A DNA stretch of 64,000 bases from Patescibacteria group bacterium (GCA_049319825.1 JBMORT010000006.1:80012-144011); one strand, 5' to 3'; shown: positions 48,390-57,909, numbered from the stretch's first letter. Numbers and translations: made by a program. The notes: a model not told the origin generated them from the letters alone.

Positions 48390-49829
48390 ATGCGCAGAAC
48401 CAAAATTGTCTGCACGCTCGGTCCGGCGTCAGAGAAAATAGAAATAATACAACAAATGGTCGATTCAGGCATGAATGTGGCCAGGCTTAATTTTTCTCAT
48501 GGTACGCACGCCTACCACAAAAAGTTGATGAGCGCGGTCAGAAAGATTTCCAAAAAAGAAAACATCGCCGTGGGCATATTGCAAGATTTGCAAGGGCCGA
48601 AAATCAGGGTGGGCAATATGCCCGAGAAGGGAATCAATATTACGAGCGGTTCAGAAATTATTGTGACCACGAAAAAAATCAGAACAGGCAGCGAAGAAAT
48701 GATTTCTATTGACTACCCTCATTTGCATGAGGATGTGAAAACCGGCGATCATATTTTGATTGATGACGGACTGTTGGATTTGGAGGTGAAAAAGACCGAA
48801 GGTAATAATATTCATTGCCAAGCGATTAACGGAGGTTTGTTGACCTCGCATAAAGGAGTTAATTTGCCCGGAGTCAAGCTGAGCGTTTCCGCCCTGACCG
48901 CCAAGGATAAAAAAGATTTATTATTCGGAGTTAAAAACGGCGTGGATTTCGTGGCCTTGTCTTTTGTCAGTTCGGCTAAGGACATTTTCGATTTACGATA
49001 TCTGATCAAGGAATATGAAAAGAAATTAAAGCTGAAAAATAATCAGCCGATCAGAATAGTGGCAAAAATCGAACGCCGCGAAGCGATCGGCAATATCGAT
49101 GAAATCATTGACGCCGCCGACGCGATCATGGTGGCCAGAGGCGATCTGGGAGTGGAGCTGCCCGCAGAGGACGTACCATTGCGCCAGAAAGAAATTATTG
49201 ATAAATGCCTGGAAGCGGCCAAGCCGGTAATCGTAGCCACGCAAATGCTCGATTCGATGATTAGAAATCCGCGGCCGACCAGAGCCGAGGTTAGCGATGT
49301 GGCCAATGCGGTCATTGATCATACCGATGCGGTCATGCTTTCCGGAGAGACTGCTTCCGGAAAATATCCGGTCAAATCCGTAGAAACCATGGCCAAGATT
49401 GTTACTAAAACCGAGGATTCGACCTATGATGACCTAGTGCTGCAGGAAAAGGTCAGGCAAATCGAAGCCACTGACAGGGCGATCGCCAGAGTGGCGAAAA
49501 TGTTGGTGGAGCATGTGGACGCCAAGGCGATTTTGGTGGCGTCATTATCAGGGTACACGGCCAGAGTGGTGTCCCGCTACCGGCCGGAATTACCGATATT
49601 AGCGTCCTGCGACAATGATCGGGTGATGAGGCAAATGATACTGTCTTGGGGAGTGATCCCTTTTGTCATCGCCACTTCAAGGAGCGTGGAAGAATTAATC
49701 GACCGCTCGCTGTCATACGGCAAAAAAGCCAAGCAGCTGAAAATAGACGATAAAATTATTCTGGTCGCCGGTGAGCCCGTAGGTAAAAGCGGACATGTTA
49801 ATTTCGTGGAGATTAAAGAAGTGAATTAA
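48390..49829 (+). CDS. pyk: Pyruvate kinase
   Basis: MRRTKIVCTLGPAS, MVARGDLG, and catalytic Lys/Thr context; 479 aa. Confidence 0.95.
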   Translation: MRRTKIVCTLGPASEKIEIIQQMVDSGMNVARLNFSHGTHAYHKKLMSAVRKISKKENIAVGILQDLQGPKIRVGNMPEKGINITSGSEIIVTTKKIRTGSEEMISIDYPHLHEDVKTGDHILIDDGLLDLEVKKTEGNNIHCQAINGGLLTSHKGVNLPGVKLSVSALTAKDKKDLLFGVKNGVDFVALSFVSSAKDIFDLRYLIKEYEKKLKLKNNQPIRIVAKIERREAIGNIDEIIDAADAIMVARGDLGVELPAEDVPLRQKEIIDKCLEAAKPVIVATQMLDSMIRNPRPTRAEVSDVANAVIDHTDAVMLSGETASGKYPVKSVETMAKIVTKTEDSTYDDLVLQEKVRQIEATDRAIARVAKMLVEHVDAKAILVASLSGYTARVVSRYRPELPILASCDNDRVMRQMILSWGVIPFVIATSRSVEELIDRSLSYGKKAKQLKIDDKIILVAGEPVGKSGHVNFVEIKEVN

Positions 49830-49935
49830 AGTTGACCCCGATGCTAATATACGAATTGATACTAATGATACTAATGATACTAATATCGCTTTATTCGTAT
49901 AATTCGCATGCATTCGTATATTCGCATCGCTTGCT

Positions 49936-50406
49936 ATGTGCGCCGGATTTGCAATCTATTATGAAAAATTAAAAAAAGCTCAGGTGAAAAAGTGCTTTAC
50001 TGACACCGAGCTTGAGAAATTCAAAAAGGGCGATGAGCTCGAATTTTATTTTTGGCAGAAAAAGCCCTGCGTGCCGATCGAGGAAAACGGCAAAGTTAAT
50101 CTATATGAATGGGGCAATAGAAACAATAAAGAATTGAAAATGCCAAAGACCGGCTGGTGCCGCGCCGAGAGCTTGGCTTCCGGAAAGTGGGATTGGCTCA
50201 AGCCAAAAATTGTGCATGTGCCGGCCACGCGCGGATTTGAAAAGAAAAAGTGGTTCAGGACGCCCAAAGGAATCGAGGCGGTCCTGGCCCGGCAGGGCAA
50301 AGAGAAAAAAGTATATATTTTGACTGAGCCGTCATCCGGTTTTTATTCAAAGTTGACTGGGCATGATAGAATGCCGGTTGGTGATATTAAAGAGATTATA
50401 GAGTGA
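49936..50406 (+). CDS. SOS-response-associated peptidase (SRAP/YedK/HMCES) family protein, short form
   Basis: Begins MC(A)GF (Cys2 nucleophile position) and carries a C-terminal HDRMPV motif. Confidence 0.65.
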   Translation: MCAGFAIYYEKLKKAQVKKCFTDTELEKFKKGDELEFYFWQKKPCVPIEENGKVNLYEWGNRNNKELKMPKTGWCRAESLASGKWDWLKPKIVHVPATRGFEKKKWFRTPKGIEAVLARQGKEKKVYILTEPSSGFYSKLTGHDRMPVGDIKEIIE

Positions 50407-50438
50407 AAAATATACGTCAAGCGTTTTATTTAATAAAG

Positions 50439-50466
50439 CTCGGCCCAAGGCCGAGTTGTTCTTTTT
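50439..50466 (+). terminator. Intrinsic terminator after the SRAP-like gene
   Basis: CTCGGCC-caag-GCCGAG followed by a T-rich run. Confidence 0.5.
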
Positions 50467-50730
50467 GTAACCAAAAAGAACCAAAAAGTTTTGGGGGGCC
50501 TCGAATGCGTGGCGACGTTTGAGTTTATATATCGCGCCTTGGGCAACGATGCCCCCCAACCCCTCGGTGCTTGTGGATTTTTTGTAGCGATGATGTTATA
50601 CCGCACGATCGGATGCCGGTGGGCGAGGCTGAGTGTTATAGGCAGTAGGCAATAGGCAGTAGCCTGTTGCGTTACTTTTGCCTTGTGCCCGCTGCCTCAG
50701 AATGAGTTGAATTTTCAGCTTTTTTTTAGT

Positions 50731-50759
50731 TTGACAAAAGTTAATTTTAAGGGTAAACT
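50731..50759 (+). promoter_or_regulatory. Sigma70-like promoter (TTGACA-17-TAAACT)
   Basis: Consensus -35, 17-nt spacer, followed by an AAGGAGGG RBS and the ATG at 50798. Confidence 0.5.
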
Positions 50760-50797
50760 CCAATATCCGCAACAACAATGGCAAGGAGGGCGTTGTT

Positions 50798-51526
50798 ATG
50801 GATGCTCCGCTTCCGTTGAAGATTTTAGCCGCGGCATTGCTTATATCGCTTTTTATTGGGTTCATGCTGCTTTCCATTAAGGAACAAAGAAAAAAGGATG
50901 CCCAGGCAGTTGAACAGAGTTCTGATGCTGGTCGGGCAGACGTTGTCAGCCAAGGCCCTGCCGATAATCCGATCGATTACGGCATGACGTATCCGCGGCC
51001 AACAGAGGAAAACATCAAAGCTGCCGAGGCCAGGGCTCGTCGTGTAGCGGCCGCGATCGAATACACGCGCCAGCACGGGGGAGAGGTTCCTCGCGGTGTA
51101 AACGACAACGACTATAGCCCATTGGCGGCCTATCCAATACCGCCTGACGTCAGCTCTATGGATCCGGAAGTCAGTTATGGCACGAATCTGGCCGGCAAGG
51201 TGATCCATGGTCCAAGAGAGTTCGATGGAAGTTTGCTCGGTCTGCGCTATCTTGTAGTGCAGCGACTGGATAATCAGGAAAAGGTAGCGGTTCTCTGCGA
51301 TGATTCGTACAAAGTTCCCTACAACAACCTGCTGGAATTCCAGGTGATTTTCATCAGCAACCGTCAGGCCACGATCTACATCGTCATCAACGATGACCCG
51401 AGTCTGCCGACCGAGGCGTTGGCCGGGCCCGGGCAGATTCTGCGGCCGCCTCCGCCGGACATTCAGTATCCGACCGAGGCCATGCCCGACGTCGTACAAC
51501 CCAAAGACGTACAAAGCGCGGAATAA
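50798..51526 (+). CDS. Membrane-anchored hypothetical protein (242 aa); high-GC gene
   Basis: N-terminal TM helix, Pro-rich C-terminus. The GC content is markedly above that of the surrounding genes. Confidence 0.7.
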   Translation: MDAPLPLKILAAALLISLFIGFMLLSIKEQRKKDAQAVEQSSDAGRADVVSQGPADNPIDYGMTYPRPTEENIKAAEARARRVAAAIEYTRQHGGEVPRGVNDNDYSPLAAYPIPPDVSSMDPEVSYGTNLAGKVIHGPREFDGSLLGLRYLVVQRLDNQEKVAVLCDDSYKVPYNNLLEFQVIFISNRQATIYIVINDDPSLPTEALAGPGQILRPPPPDIQYPTEAMPDVVQPKDVQSAE

Positions 51527-51539
51527 AGTTCTTGCGCTT

Positions 51540-51577
51540 GCCGTCCGTAGTTTTATAAAAAAGGACGGCTTTTTTTA
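51540..51577 (+). terminator. Intrinsic terminator
   Basis: GCCGTCC...GGACGGC stem followed by T7. Confidence 0.6.
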
Positions 51578-51722
51578 TTTTTCAAAAAAGGAAAAATATG
51601 GTAAAATAATATTTAAGAAGGCTTAAGGAGGCGTAAGAGGTAAAGAAGGCAAATGGGGCAGAGAAGGCTTTCTTATAATATTTTTTTTATGGCGAAGAAA
51701 TTGAAATTTTTGAATCTCGTTA

Positions 51723-51778
51723 TTGACTTACTTTGACAGCGAAGTTAACATATGTTAACATTAAATTAGTGAGTTAAC
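51723..51778 (+). promoter_or_regulatory. Promoter with a 16-bp perfect palindromic operator (GTTAACATATGTTAAC) upstream of the HTH-Doc pair
   Basis: TTGACT/TTGACA -35 candidates; the palindrome overlaps the -10 region; a third GTTAAC half-site at 51773. Confidence 0.5.
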
Positions 51779-51785
51779 GGAAAAT

Positions 51786-52058
51786 ATGCCTCCAAAAACA
51801 ATAATAACCAAGGATTTTTATTCTGTCAGTGAGTTGGCTGATTTATTGGGAATCAGTCGGATTGCCGTATTTAAAAAAATTCAAAAAGGCCAAATTAAAG
51901 CATTTAAAATTGGCAGAAATTATGTAATTCCCAAAAAGGAATTAGGAGCGGTGCTTGGAGTTGTTCTTAGTGAGAAGGATAAGGCAATGATCGATAAAGC
52001 AATAATGAAGACCATTAAAGAATATGGAGAAACTCTAAAATTATTGGGGGCTGAATAA
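51786..52058 (+). CDS. Excisionase-family (HTH_17) DNA-binding protein, putative antitoxin
   Basis: YSVSELADLLGISRIAVFKKIQKG HTH; its stop abuts the start of the Doc-family gene. Confidence 0.75.
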   Translation: MPPKTIITKDFYSVSELADLLGISRIAVFKKIQKGQIKAFKIGRNYVIPKKELGAVLGVVLSEKDKAMIDKAIMKTIKEYGETLKLLGAE

Positions 52059-52490
52059 ATGATTCATATGAGAAAGATTACCATCGCTGAAGTTAAATAC
52101 CTATCGTTTAAATTGGCAAAAGAGTCAATGAGCTTTAATGAACCGATCCCTGATTTTTCAACCCGTTTTCCGGAAGTTCTTGAAAGTTGTTTGATTACTC
52201 CGTTTCAGACTTTTCAAAAAAAATCGATGTATCGAGGGCAAATTAAAAAGGCCGCCGTTTTATTTTACCTAATGGTTAAAAATCATCCGTTCCAGAACGG
52301 AAACAAAAGAATAGCGACAACAACCTTGCTTGTTTTTTTGTATATGAATAATAAATGGTTAAAAGTTGACAGCAGAGAGTTGTATAATTTTGCCGTTTGG
52401 GTGGCCGAAAGCCCGGCTTCATTAAAAGACGAGGTTGTGTTAGCGGTAGAGAAATTCGTTAAAAAAAATATTGTTGTTATGAAAAAATAA
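52059..52490 (+). CDS. doc: Fic/Doc-family toxin (death-on-curing type)
   Basis: HPFQNGNKR matches the Doc variant of the Fic motif HxFx(D/N)GNKR. Confidence 0.8.
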   Translation: MIHMRKITIAEVKYLSFKLAKESMSFNEPIPDFSTRFPEVLESCLITPFQTFQKKSMYRGQIKKAAVLFYLMVKNHPFQNGNKRIATTTLLVFLYMNNKWLKVDSRELYNFAVWVAESPASLKDEVVLAVEKFVKKNIVVMKK

Positions 52491-52492
52491 AT

Positions 52493-54841
52493 ATGAAATT
52501 CAAATTCGTTAAATTTTTTAATGAAATTACAAAAAAGCACCAGCCACTCGTCGGCGGCAAGAACGCCATGCTGGGTGATATGTACAATAAATTAAAAAGC
52601 GCGGGCATTCCCGTGCCTGACGGCTTTGTTTTCACTGCCAAGGGTTATCAGGAATTTTTGAAATTTAATAAGCTTGAAAATAAAATCAAAAAAACTTTGC
52701 GCGGGCTTGACGTTGAAAACGCGCAGGATCTCGAGACTCGGGGAAAAGCCGTTCGCGAGCTGATCGAAGGCGGAAATTTTTCCGAAAAAATAAAAGAAGA
52801 GATAAAAGTCGCTTATCAGAAGCTGAGCAAGCATTATCAGCAAACGGCAACCGATGTGGCGGTTCGATCTTCGGCGACCGCGGAAGATTTGCCGACCGCT
52901 TCTTTTGCCGGCCAGCTCGAATCATATTTAAACGTTCGAGGAATTGAAAATCTTTTGTGGACAATAAAAAAATGCATGGCTTCTTTATATACTGACCGCG
53001 CGATTTCATACAGGAAAGACAAAGGCTTTCCCATGGCCGGCATTTCAATTTCAGTCGGGATACAGAAGATGGTCAGAAGCGACAAAGCCGCATCAGGAGT
53101 AATGTTTACCCTGGAAACGGAAAGCGGATTTAGAAATTTGGTAACGATCAATGCCGGGCTAGGGCTGGGTGAGAACGTGGTTAAGGGCAGGATCGATCCG
53201 GATGAATATTATATTTTCAAATCAACTTTGGAAAAAGGATTCAGGCCCATTATCAAAAAGAAGCTGGGATTAAAGCAGCTGAAGCTGGTTTATAAAGGAG
53301 ATCGCACCGTTAATCTTAGGACGCCGGCCAATGAGAAAAATCAGCTGGCCCTGAGCGACGCGGAAATTTTGAAATTGGCCAGATGGGGAATGATTATTGA
53401 AAAGCAGTATAAAATGCCCATGGACATGGAATGGGCCAAAGACGGCATTCAAAATAAGCTTTATATTGTCCAGGCCAGGCCGGAAACAGTGCATTCGGCT
53501 GAGAATAGAAATGTTTTATATCAATATCGCCTGAAAGCGATTCCGGCCAAGCAGTTGCTTTACGGCATTGCCATTGGCAATAATATCGGCCAGGGACCGG
53601 TTAAAGTGATTGAAAACGTCAGCCAGCTCAAAAAGTTGAAGCAAGGCGATGTACTGGTGACTAAAATGACAGATCCAGCCTGGGAGCCGGCCATGAAAAT
53701 AGCATCGGCCATCGTCACTGACAGCGGCGGCCGCACCTGCCATGCGGCGATCGTAGCTCGCGAGCTGGGGATCCCGGCATTGGTTGGTACAAAAAATTCA
53801 ACAAAAGTTTTAAATACAGGCAGAAAAGTTACGGTTGATTGCTCGCAAGGAGTTGAGGGCTTTGTTTATCAGGGATTATTGCCTTATAAAAAGATAAAAG
53901 TCAGTTTGGAAAAGACGAAAATGCCAAGAACTCAGGTAATGATGAACGTTGGCAATCCGGATATTGTTTTTGCTTCTTCTTTTATTCCCAATCAAGGCGT
54001 TGGCCTCGCGCGTGAGGAGTTTATTATCAGCGATTATATAAAGATCCATCCGCTGGCGTTGATTAATTTTGGAAAGCTCGAACCGGACTTGAAAAATAAA
54101 ATCGAGAAATTAACTCCGCATTATTCGAATAAAAAACAATTTTATGTTGACAAGCTGGCAGAGGGGATCGGCCAGATAGCGGCGGCTTTCTATCCGAAAG
54201 AAGTCATTGTCCGTTTCTCAGACTTCAAGACAAATGAATACCGGTCGCTGGTCGGCGGAGAGCGATATGAGCCGCATGAGGCGAATCCAATGCTCGGCTG
54301 GCGCGGCGCGGCGCGATACTATGATCCTAAATTCAAGCCGGCGTTTATTCTGGAATGCCGGGCGATAAAAAAGGTAATTAAAGAATTTGGTTTGAATAAT
54401 ATTAAAGTAATGGTCCCATTTTGCCGGACAGCAGGGGAGGGGCGAAAAGTTTTACAAATAATTAAAGAACAGGGCTTGAAAAAATTGCGAGTCGAAGTTT
54501 ATGTCATGGTGGAAATTCCGAGCAATGTTTTAGAAGCCGCTGAATTCGCCAAAATTTTTGACGGCTTCAGCATCGGCTCGAATGATTTGACGCAATTGAT
54601 TTTGGGCGTTGACCGCGATTCAGAGTTTGTTCAGCATGTTTATAATGAAAAAGATCCCGCGGTTTTAAAAATGATCGGCGAGGTGATTAAAGTCGCCAAG
54701 TCGAAAAAGAAGAAAATCGGCATTTGCGGCCAAGCGCCGAGCGATTTTCCGGATTTCGCCCGCTGGCTGGTGAAAAATAAAATTGACAGCATGTCTTTGA
54801 ATCCGGATTCGGTGACGAAGACAATCGAAAGGTTGAAATAA
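52493..54841 (+). CDS. ppsA: Phosphoenolpyruvate synthase (pyruvate, water dikinase)
   Basis: N-terminal PPDK_N ATP-grasp, mobile phospho-His domain (GGRTCHAAIVARELGIPALVG), C-terminal PEP-utilizing TIM barrel; 782 aa. Confidence 0.9.
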   Translation: MKFKFVKFFNEITKKHQPLVGGKNAMLGDMYNKLKSAGIPVPDGFVFTAKGYQEFLKFNKLENKIKKTLRGLDVENAQDLETRGKAVRELIEGGNFSEKIKEEIKVAYQKLSKHYQQTATDVAVRSSATAEDLPTASFAGQLESYLNVRGIENLLWTIKKCMASLYTDRAISYRKDKGFPMAGISISVGIQKMVRSDKAASGVMFTLETESGFRNLVTINAGLGLGENVVKGRIDPDEYYIFKSTLEKGFRPIIKKKLGLKQLKLVYKGDRTVNLRTPANEKNQLALSDAEILKLARWGMIIEKQYKMPMDMEWAKDGIQNKLYIVQARPETVHSAENRNVLYQYRLKAIPAKQLLYGIAIGNNIGQGPVKVIENVSQLKKLKQGDVLVTKMTDPAWEPAMKIASAIVTDSGGRTCHAAIVARELGIPALVGTKNSTKVLNTGRKVTVDCSQGVEGFVYQGLLPYKKIKVSLEKTKMPRTQVMMNVGNPDIVFASSFIPNQGVGLAREEFIISDYIKIHPLALINFGKLEPDLKNKIEKLTPHYSNKKQFYVDKLAEGIGQIAAAFYPKEVIVRFSDFKTNEYRSLVGGERYEPHEANPMLGWRGAARYYDPKFKPAFILECRAIKKVIKEFGLNNIKVMVPFCRTAGEGRKVLQIIKEQGLKKLRVEVYVMVEIPSNVLEAAEFAKIFDGFSIGSNDLTQLILGVDRDSEFVQHVYNEKDPAVLKMIGEVIKVAKSKKKKIGICGQAPSDFPDFARWLVKNKIDSMSLNPDSVTKTIERLK

Positions 54842-54883
54842 CAAAATAAGATCCGAATAACAAATAGCAAAAATTTGGAATTT

Positions 54884-56668
54884 ATGAAAATAAATAACCT
54901 TGTAATTCTTTTAAGTATTATATTGTGTGCCTTTTTTTTAGTTTTAATTAAGCCTAGCTCAGCGTTTTCATTGATAGAGCATGTTAAAGGTAAAATTTTA
55001 CTTCAAGTTCAAAGCAAAGGCGAAGCTTGGTATGTTTATCCCGACGAATTGAAAAGATATTATCTGGGGAGACCAGATGATGCGTTTAATATAATGAGAA
55101 ATTTGGGGCTGGGAATAACAAATGCGGATCTCAAAAAGATCCCAATAGGATACATCCCATCGACAGGGATTGATAGCGATGGAGATGGACTGTCAGATGC
55201 ATTTGAATATGCCTATGGGAGCGATATTAATAATGCGGATTCTGATGGAGACGGATATGATGATAAAACAGAGGTAATAAATGATTATTCTCCGCTTAAT
55301 CCAAGTCCTCAAAAATTAAATTTTGATTCAATATTGCGAAATAGATTATCAGGCAAGATTTTATTGCAGGTGGAAAGTAAAGGGGAAGCTTGGTATGTTT
55401 CACCTGATAATTTGAGGCGTTACTATTTGGGGCGGCCACACGACGCTTTTAATATAATGAGAGAATTGGGATTAGGAATTACAGAATCGGATTTAAATCA
55501 AATCGCAATATCTCCGAGTTCAGCGTCTGTTTCTTCTGCTCCTACTCCTACTCCTACTCAAACCAATCAGCCCAATCAGTCGCAACAGCCCGAGATTCCA
55601 GTTTTACAGGCTCCAAGCAGCCAAAGCATTGAAGACACCGGATCGGGAAATTCTCTTCGTATAAATTGGGTAAATTCTACTGCAAGTAATTTCTCTCATG
55701 TAAATATTTATCGCTCATTAATCAACGGACAGCTCGGTCAATTGATTTCAAGCACTCAGAGTAGTCCTTACCTTGATACTGGATTAACAAATTACGCGGT
55801 TTATTACTATACCATTCGTTCCGTTGATTCTTTTGGGAAGGAATCGACAAATATAGAACAGCTCAGTGAGATGCCAACTAAAAATTACGGGACGCCTCCA
55901 GCAGTCAATTTGGATTATGATTATAAGCACAATGGTGTTTTGGATGTTGATATAATTGTAGATGATGATTCTGGATATAATATAAACAGTGGAGAAATAG
56001 CAACGTTTTTTACGATTGCTAGAAATGAATTATATAAAAGGACAGGCCGGGTTATGGAAAAAAGAAATATTGATTTTCTTCCATTGGGCAACGGTACGGA
56101 ATCCGACATGGTAAGAGAACATCTAAGTAAGCAATTGATGATCCCTGAAGCTATTATCATTTTTACGTTTGGGAATGGTAATTCCGCTAAAATATTTGGC
56201 GGCTATTCCGCGCATTATTTTCTGGATACACAATTTTGTTCCGAATTTAGAGGCACTTCAAATGTTATTCCGCTTATAATCACGGATTGGCATCATTGGT
56301 ACGCTAGATGCGGGTATGATGATAATTTAAATAGAATCAGTGACGTTTCCATTGAGGGAGAATGTGGCAATATCCGGGGCACGACCTGTGTCCTGCGAGA
56401 CGATAAAGAATATTACATGTGTGAAAATTACATGAATGATTTGTATTCTAATCTGAATTTTGAAACCGCGGCTTTAGTGATTCATGAATTATTGCATCAA
56501 TATCAAGCGGGGGGAGTTTCAATGCACTATGGTACAGCCGAATGCATTGAAACTCTTAATTCAAATTTATTACAAGATCCAAATTTTCGTATAAACTCTC
56601 AGAAAAATTACGGGATGTGCCCAACTTCATATGAATTTTTACGAAATTCCTTTATAGCATGCCCCTAA
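54884..56668 (+). CDS. Secreted protein with a duplicated ~60-aa domain, DxDGDG calcium-binding-like repeats, an FN3-like segment and a C-terminal HExxH zinc-metalloprotease motif
   Basis: Signal peptide; repeats KILLQV.SKGEAWYV.PD.L.RYYLGRP.DAFNIMR.LGLGIT x2; HELLH. The ATG at 54884 is preferred over the TTG at 54875. Confidence 0.75.
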   Translation: MKINNLVILLSIILCAFFLVLIKPSSAFSLIEHVKGKILLQVQSKGEAWYVYPDELKRYYLGRPDDAFNIMRNLGLGITNADLKKIPIGYIPSTGIDSDGDGLSDAFEYAYGSDINNADSDGDGYDDKTEVINDYSPLNPSPQKLNFDSILRNRLSGKILLQVESKGEAWYVSPDNLRRYYLGRPHDAFNIMRELGLGITESDLNQIAISPSSASVSSAPTPTPTQTNQPNQSQQPEIPVLQAPSSQSIEDTGSGNSLRINWVNSTASNFSHVNIYRSLINGQLGQLISSTQSSPYLDTGLTNYAVYYYTIRSVDSFGKESTNIEQLSEMPTKNYGTPPAVNLDYDYKHNGVLDVDIIVDDDSGYNINSGEIATFFTIARNELYKRTGRVMEKRNIDFLPLGNGTESDMVREHLSKQLMIPEAIIIFTFGNGNSAKIFGGYSAHYFLDTQFCSEFRGTSNVIPLIITDWHHWYARCGYDDNLNRISDVSIEGECGNIRGTTCVLRDDKEYYMCENYMNDLYSNLNFETAALVIHELLHQYQAGGVSMHYGTAECIETLNSNLLQDPNFRINSQKNYGMCPTSYEFLRNSFIACP

Positions 56669-56693
56669 TTCGTCTGGTGTTTATTAAATAAAT

Positions 56694-57830
56694 ATGAAAA
56701 CAAAAATAAATTATCCTTACTGGCAAGCGGTGGCCGTTTTGGTCGGCACCATTGTCGGCGCCGGCATTTTGGGAATCCCATACGCGATTTCCAGATTTGG
56801 GTTTTGGCCGGGATTGGCGATGCTTGTAATATTGGGCTTGGCCGTGATGCTGATAAATTTGATGATGGGCGAAATAATTTTAAGAACCAAATTGCGGCAC
56901 CAGCTGATGGGCTATGCCCGAAAATATTTGGGCCGATGGGCGGGTCGCGTGGAAGGATTTGCCATGCTCTTTGCCAATTTCGGCGCGCTGGTGGCGTATA
57001 TTATCGGCATCAGCATCTCCAGCAGCGCGATTTTCGGCGGATCGGCGTTGTGGTACGGTTTGGGAGCGGCGTTCATCGGATCGTTGTTTATCTGGGTGGG
57101 TTTGGCGTTGGTAAAAAAAGTTGAGTTGGTCATGACATTGTTTTTATTTCTGGCGGTCATGATCATCGCGGCCATAATCTGGCCGGGTATCGAATATTCG
57201 AATTTGAATTACCTTGATTTAAGCAAATTCTTCGTGCCCTATGGCGTGCTTTTGTTTGCTTACGGAGGAATATATTCGATTTATTCGGTTCGAAAAATAT
57301 TGGAGAGAAAAGAAAGGCAAATAAAAAGCGCGATTATCGCCGCCTGCATCATTCCGATAATTTTATACGGTTTATTTGCTTTTTTAGTGATAGGGTTAAG
57401 CGGTATTGATTCAACTGAAGTGGCTACGGTCGGTTTGGGCGAGGCGCTTGGCCCGAAAATACTTTTATTGGCCAATATTTTTGCGATCATTTCCATGTTT
57501 ACCAGTTTTTTAACTATCGGAGTTTCGCTCTGGCAGCTGTTTCATTTTGACTTCAAATGGAACAAATTTTATTCATGGCTAACCGTCAGCGCCATTCCGA
57601 TCTCCGTTTTTTTATTAGGAAATCGATTTTTTATCAAGACATTGGCAATCGTTGGCAGCGTGGCTGTCGGATTAACCGGACTGATAATTATTTTGACATA
57701 TTGGCGGGCAAAATATTCCCGGGAGCGCAAACCCGAATACACATTGCCCAAATTTAAAATATTGGGCTGGGGCTTGATTTTAATGTTTGTTTTGGGTATA
57801 ATAATTACCTTGGTGGAAGAATTGGTATAG
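56694..57830 (+). CDS. Aromatic/hydroxy amino-acid permease family transporter (HAAAP, ~11 TM)
   Basis: N-terminal VGTIVGAGILGIPYA motif and overall topology. Confidence 0.75.
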   Translation: MKTKINYPYWQAVAVLVGTIVGAGILGIPYAISRFGFWPGLAMLVILGLAVMLINLMMGEIILRTKLRHQLMGYARKYLGRWAGRVEGFAMLFANFGALVAYIIGISISSSAIFGGSALWYGLGAAFIGSLFIWVGLALVKKVELVMTLFLFLAVMIIAAIIWPGIEYSNLNYLDLSKFFVPYGVLLFAYGGIYSIYSVRKILERKERQIKSAIIAACIIPIILYGLFAFLVIGLSGIDSTEVATVGLGEALGPKILLLANIFAIISMFTSFLTIGVSLWQLFHFDFKWNKFYSWLTVSAIPISVFLLGNRFFIKTLAIVGSVAVGLTGLIIILTYWRAKYSRERKPEYTLPKFKILGWGLILMFVLGIIITLVEELV

Positions 57831-57909
57831 TCCTAAGGCGGCAGGCGGGTACATCAGCATCGCTTGCTTCATGCTTCAGCAATAAGTATTCCAGCTGACA
57901 TATAATTTC

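Noticed and set aside
50825-51514. 229-aa minus-strand ORF
   Set aside because: It is the antisense shadow of the high-GC plus-strand gene 50798..51526, which has a promoter, an RBS and a TM helix. Long antisense ORFs are expected in GC-rich DNA.
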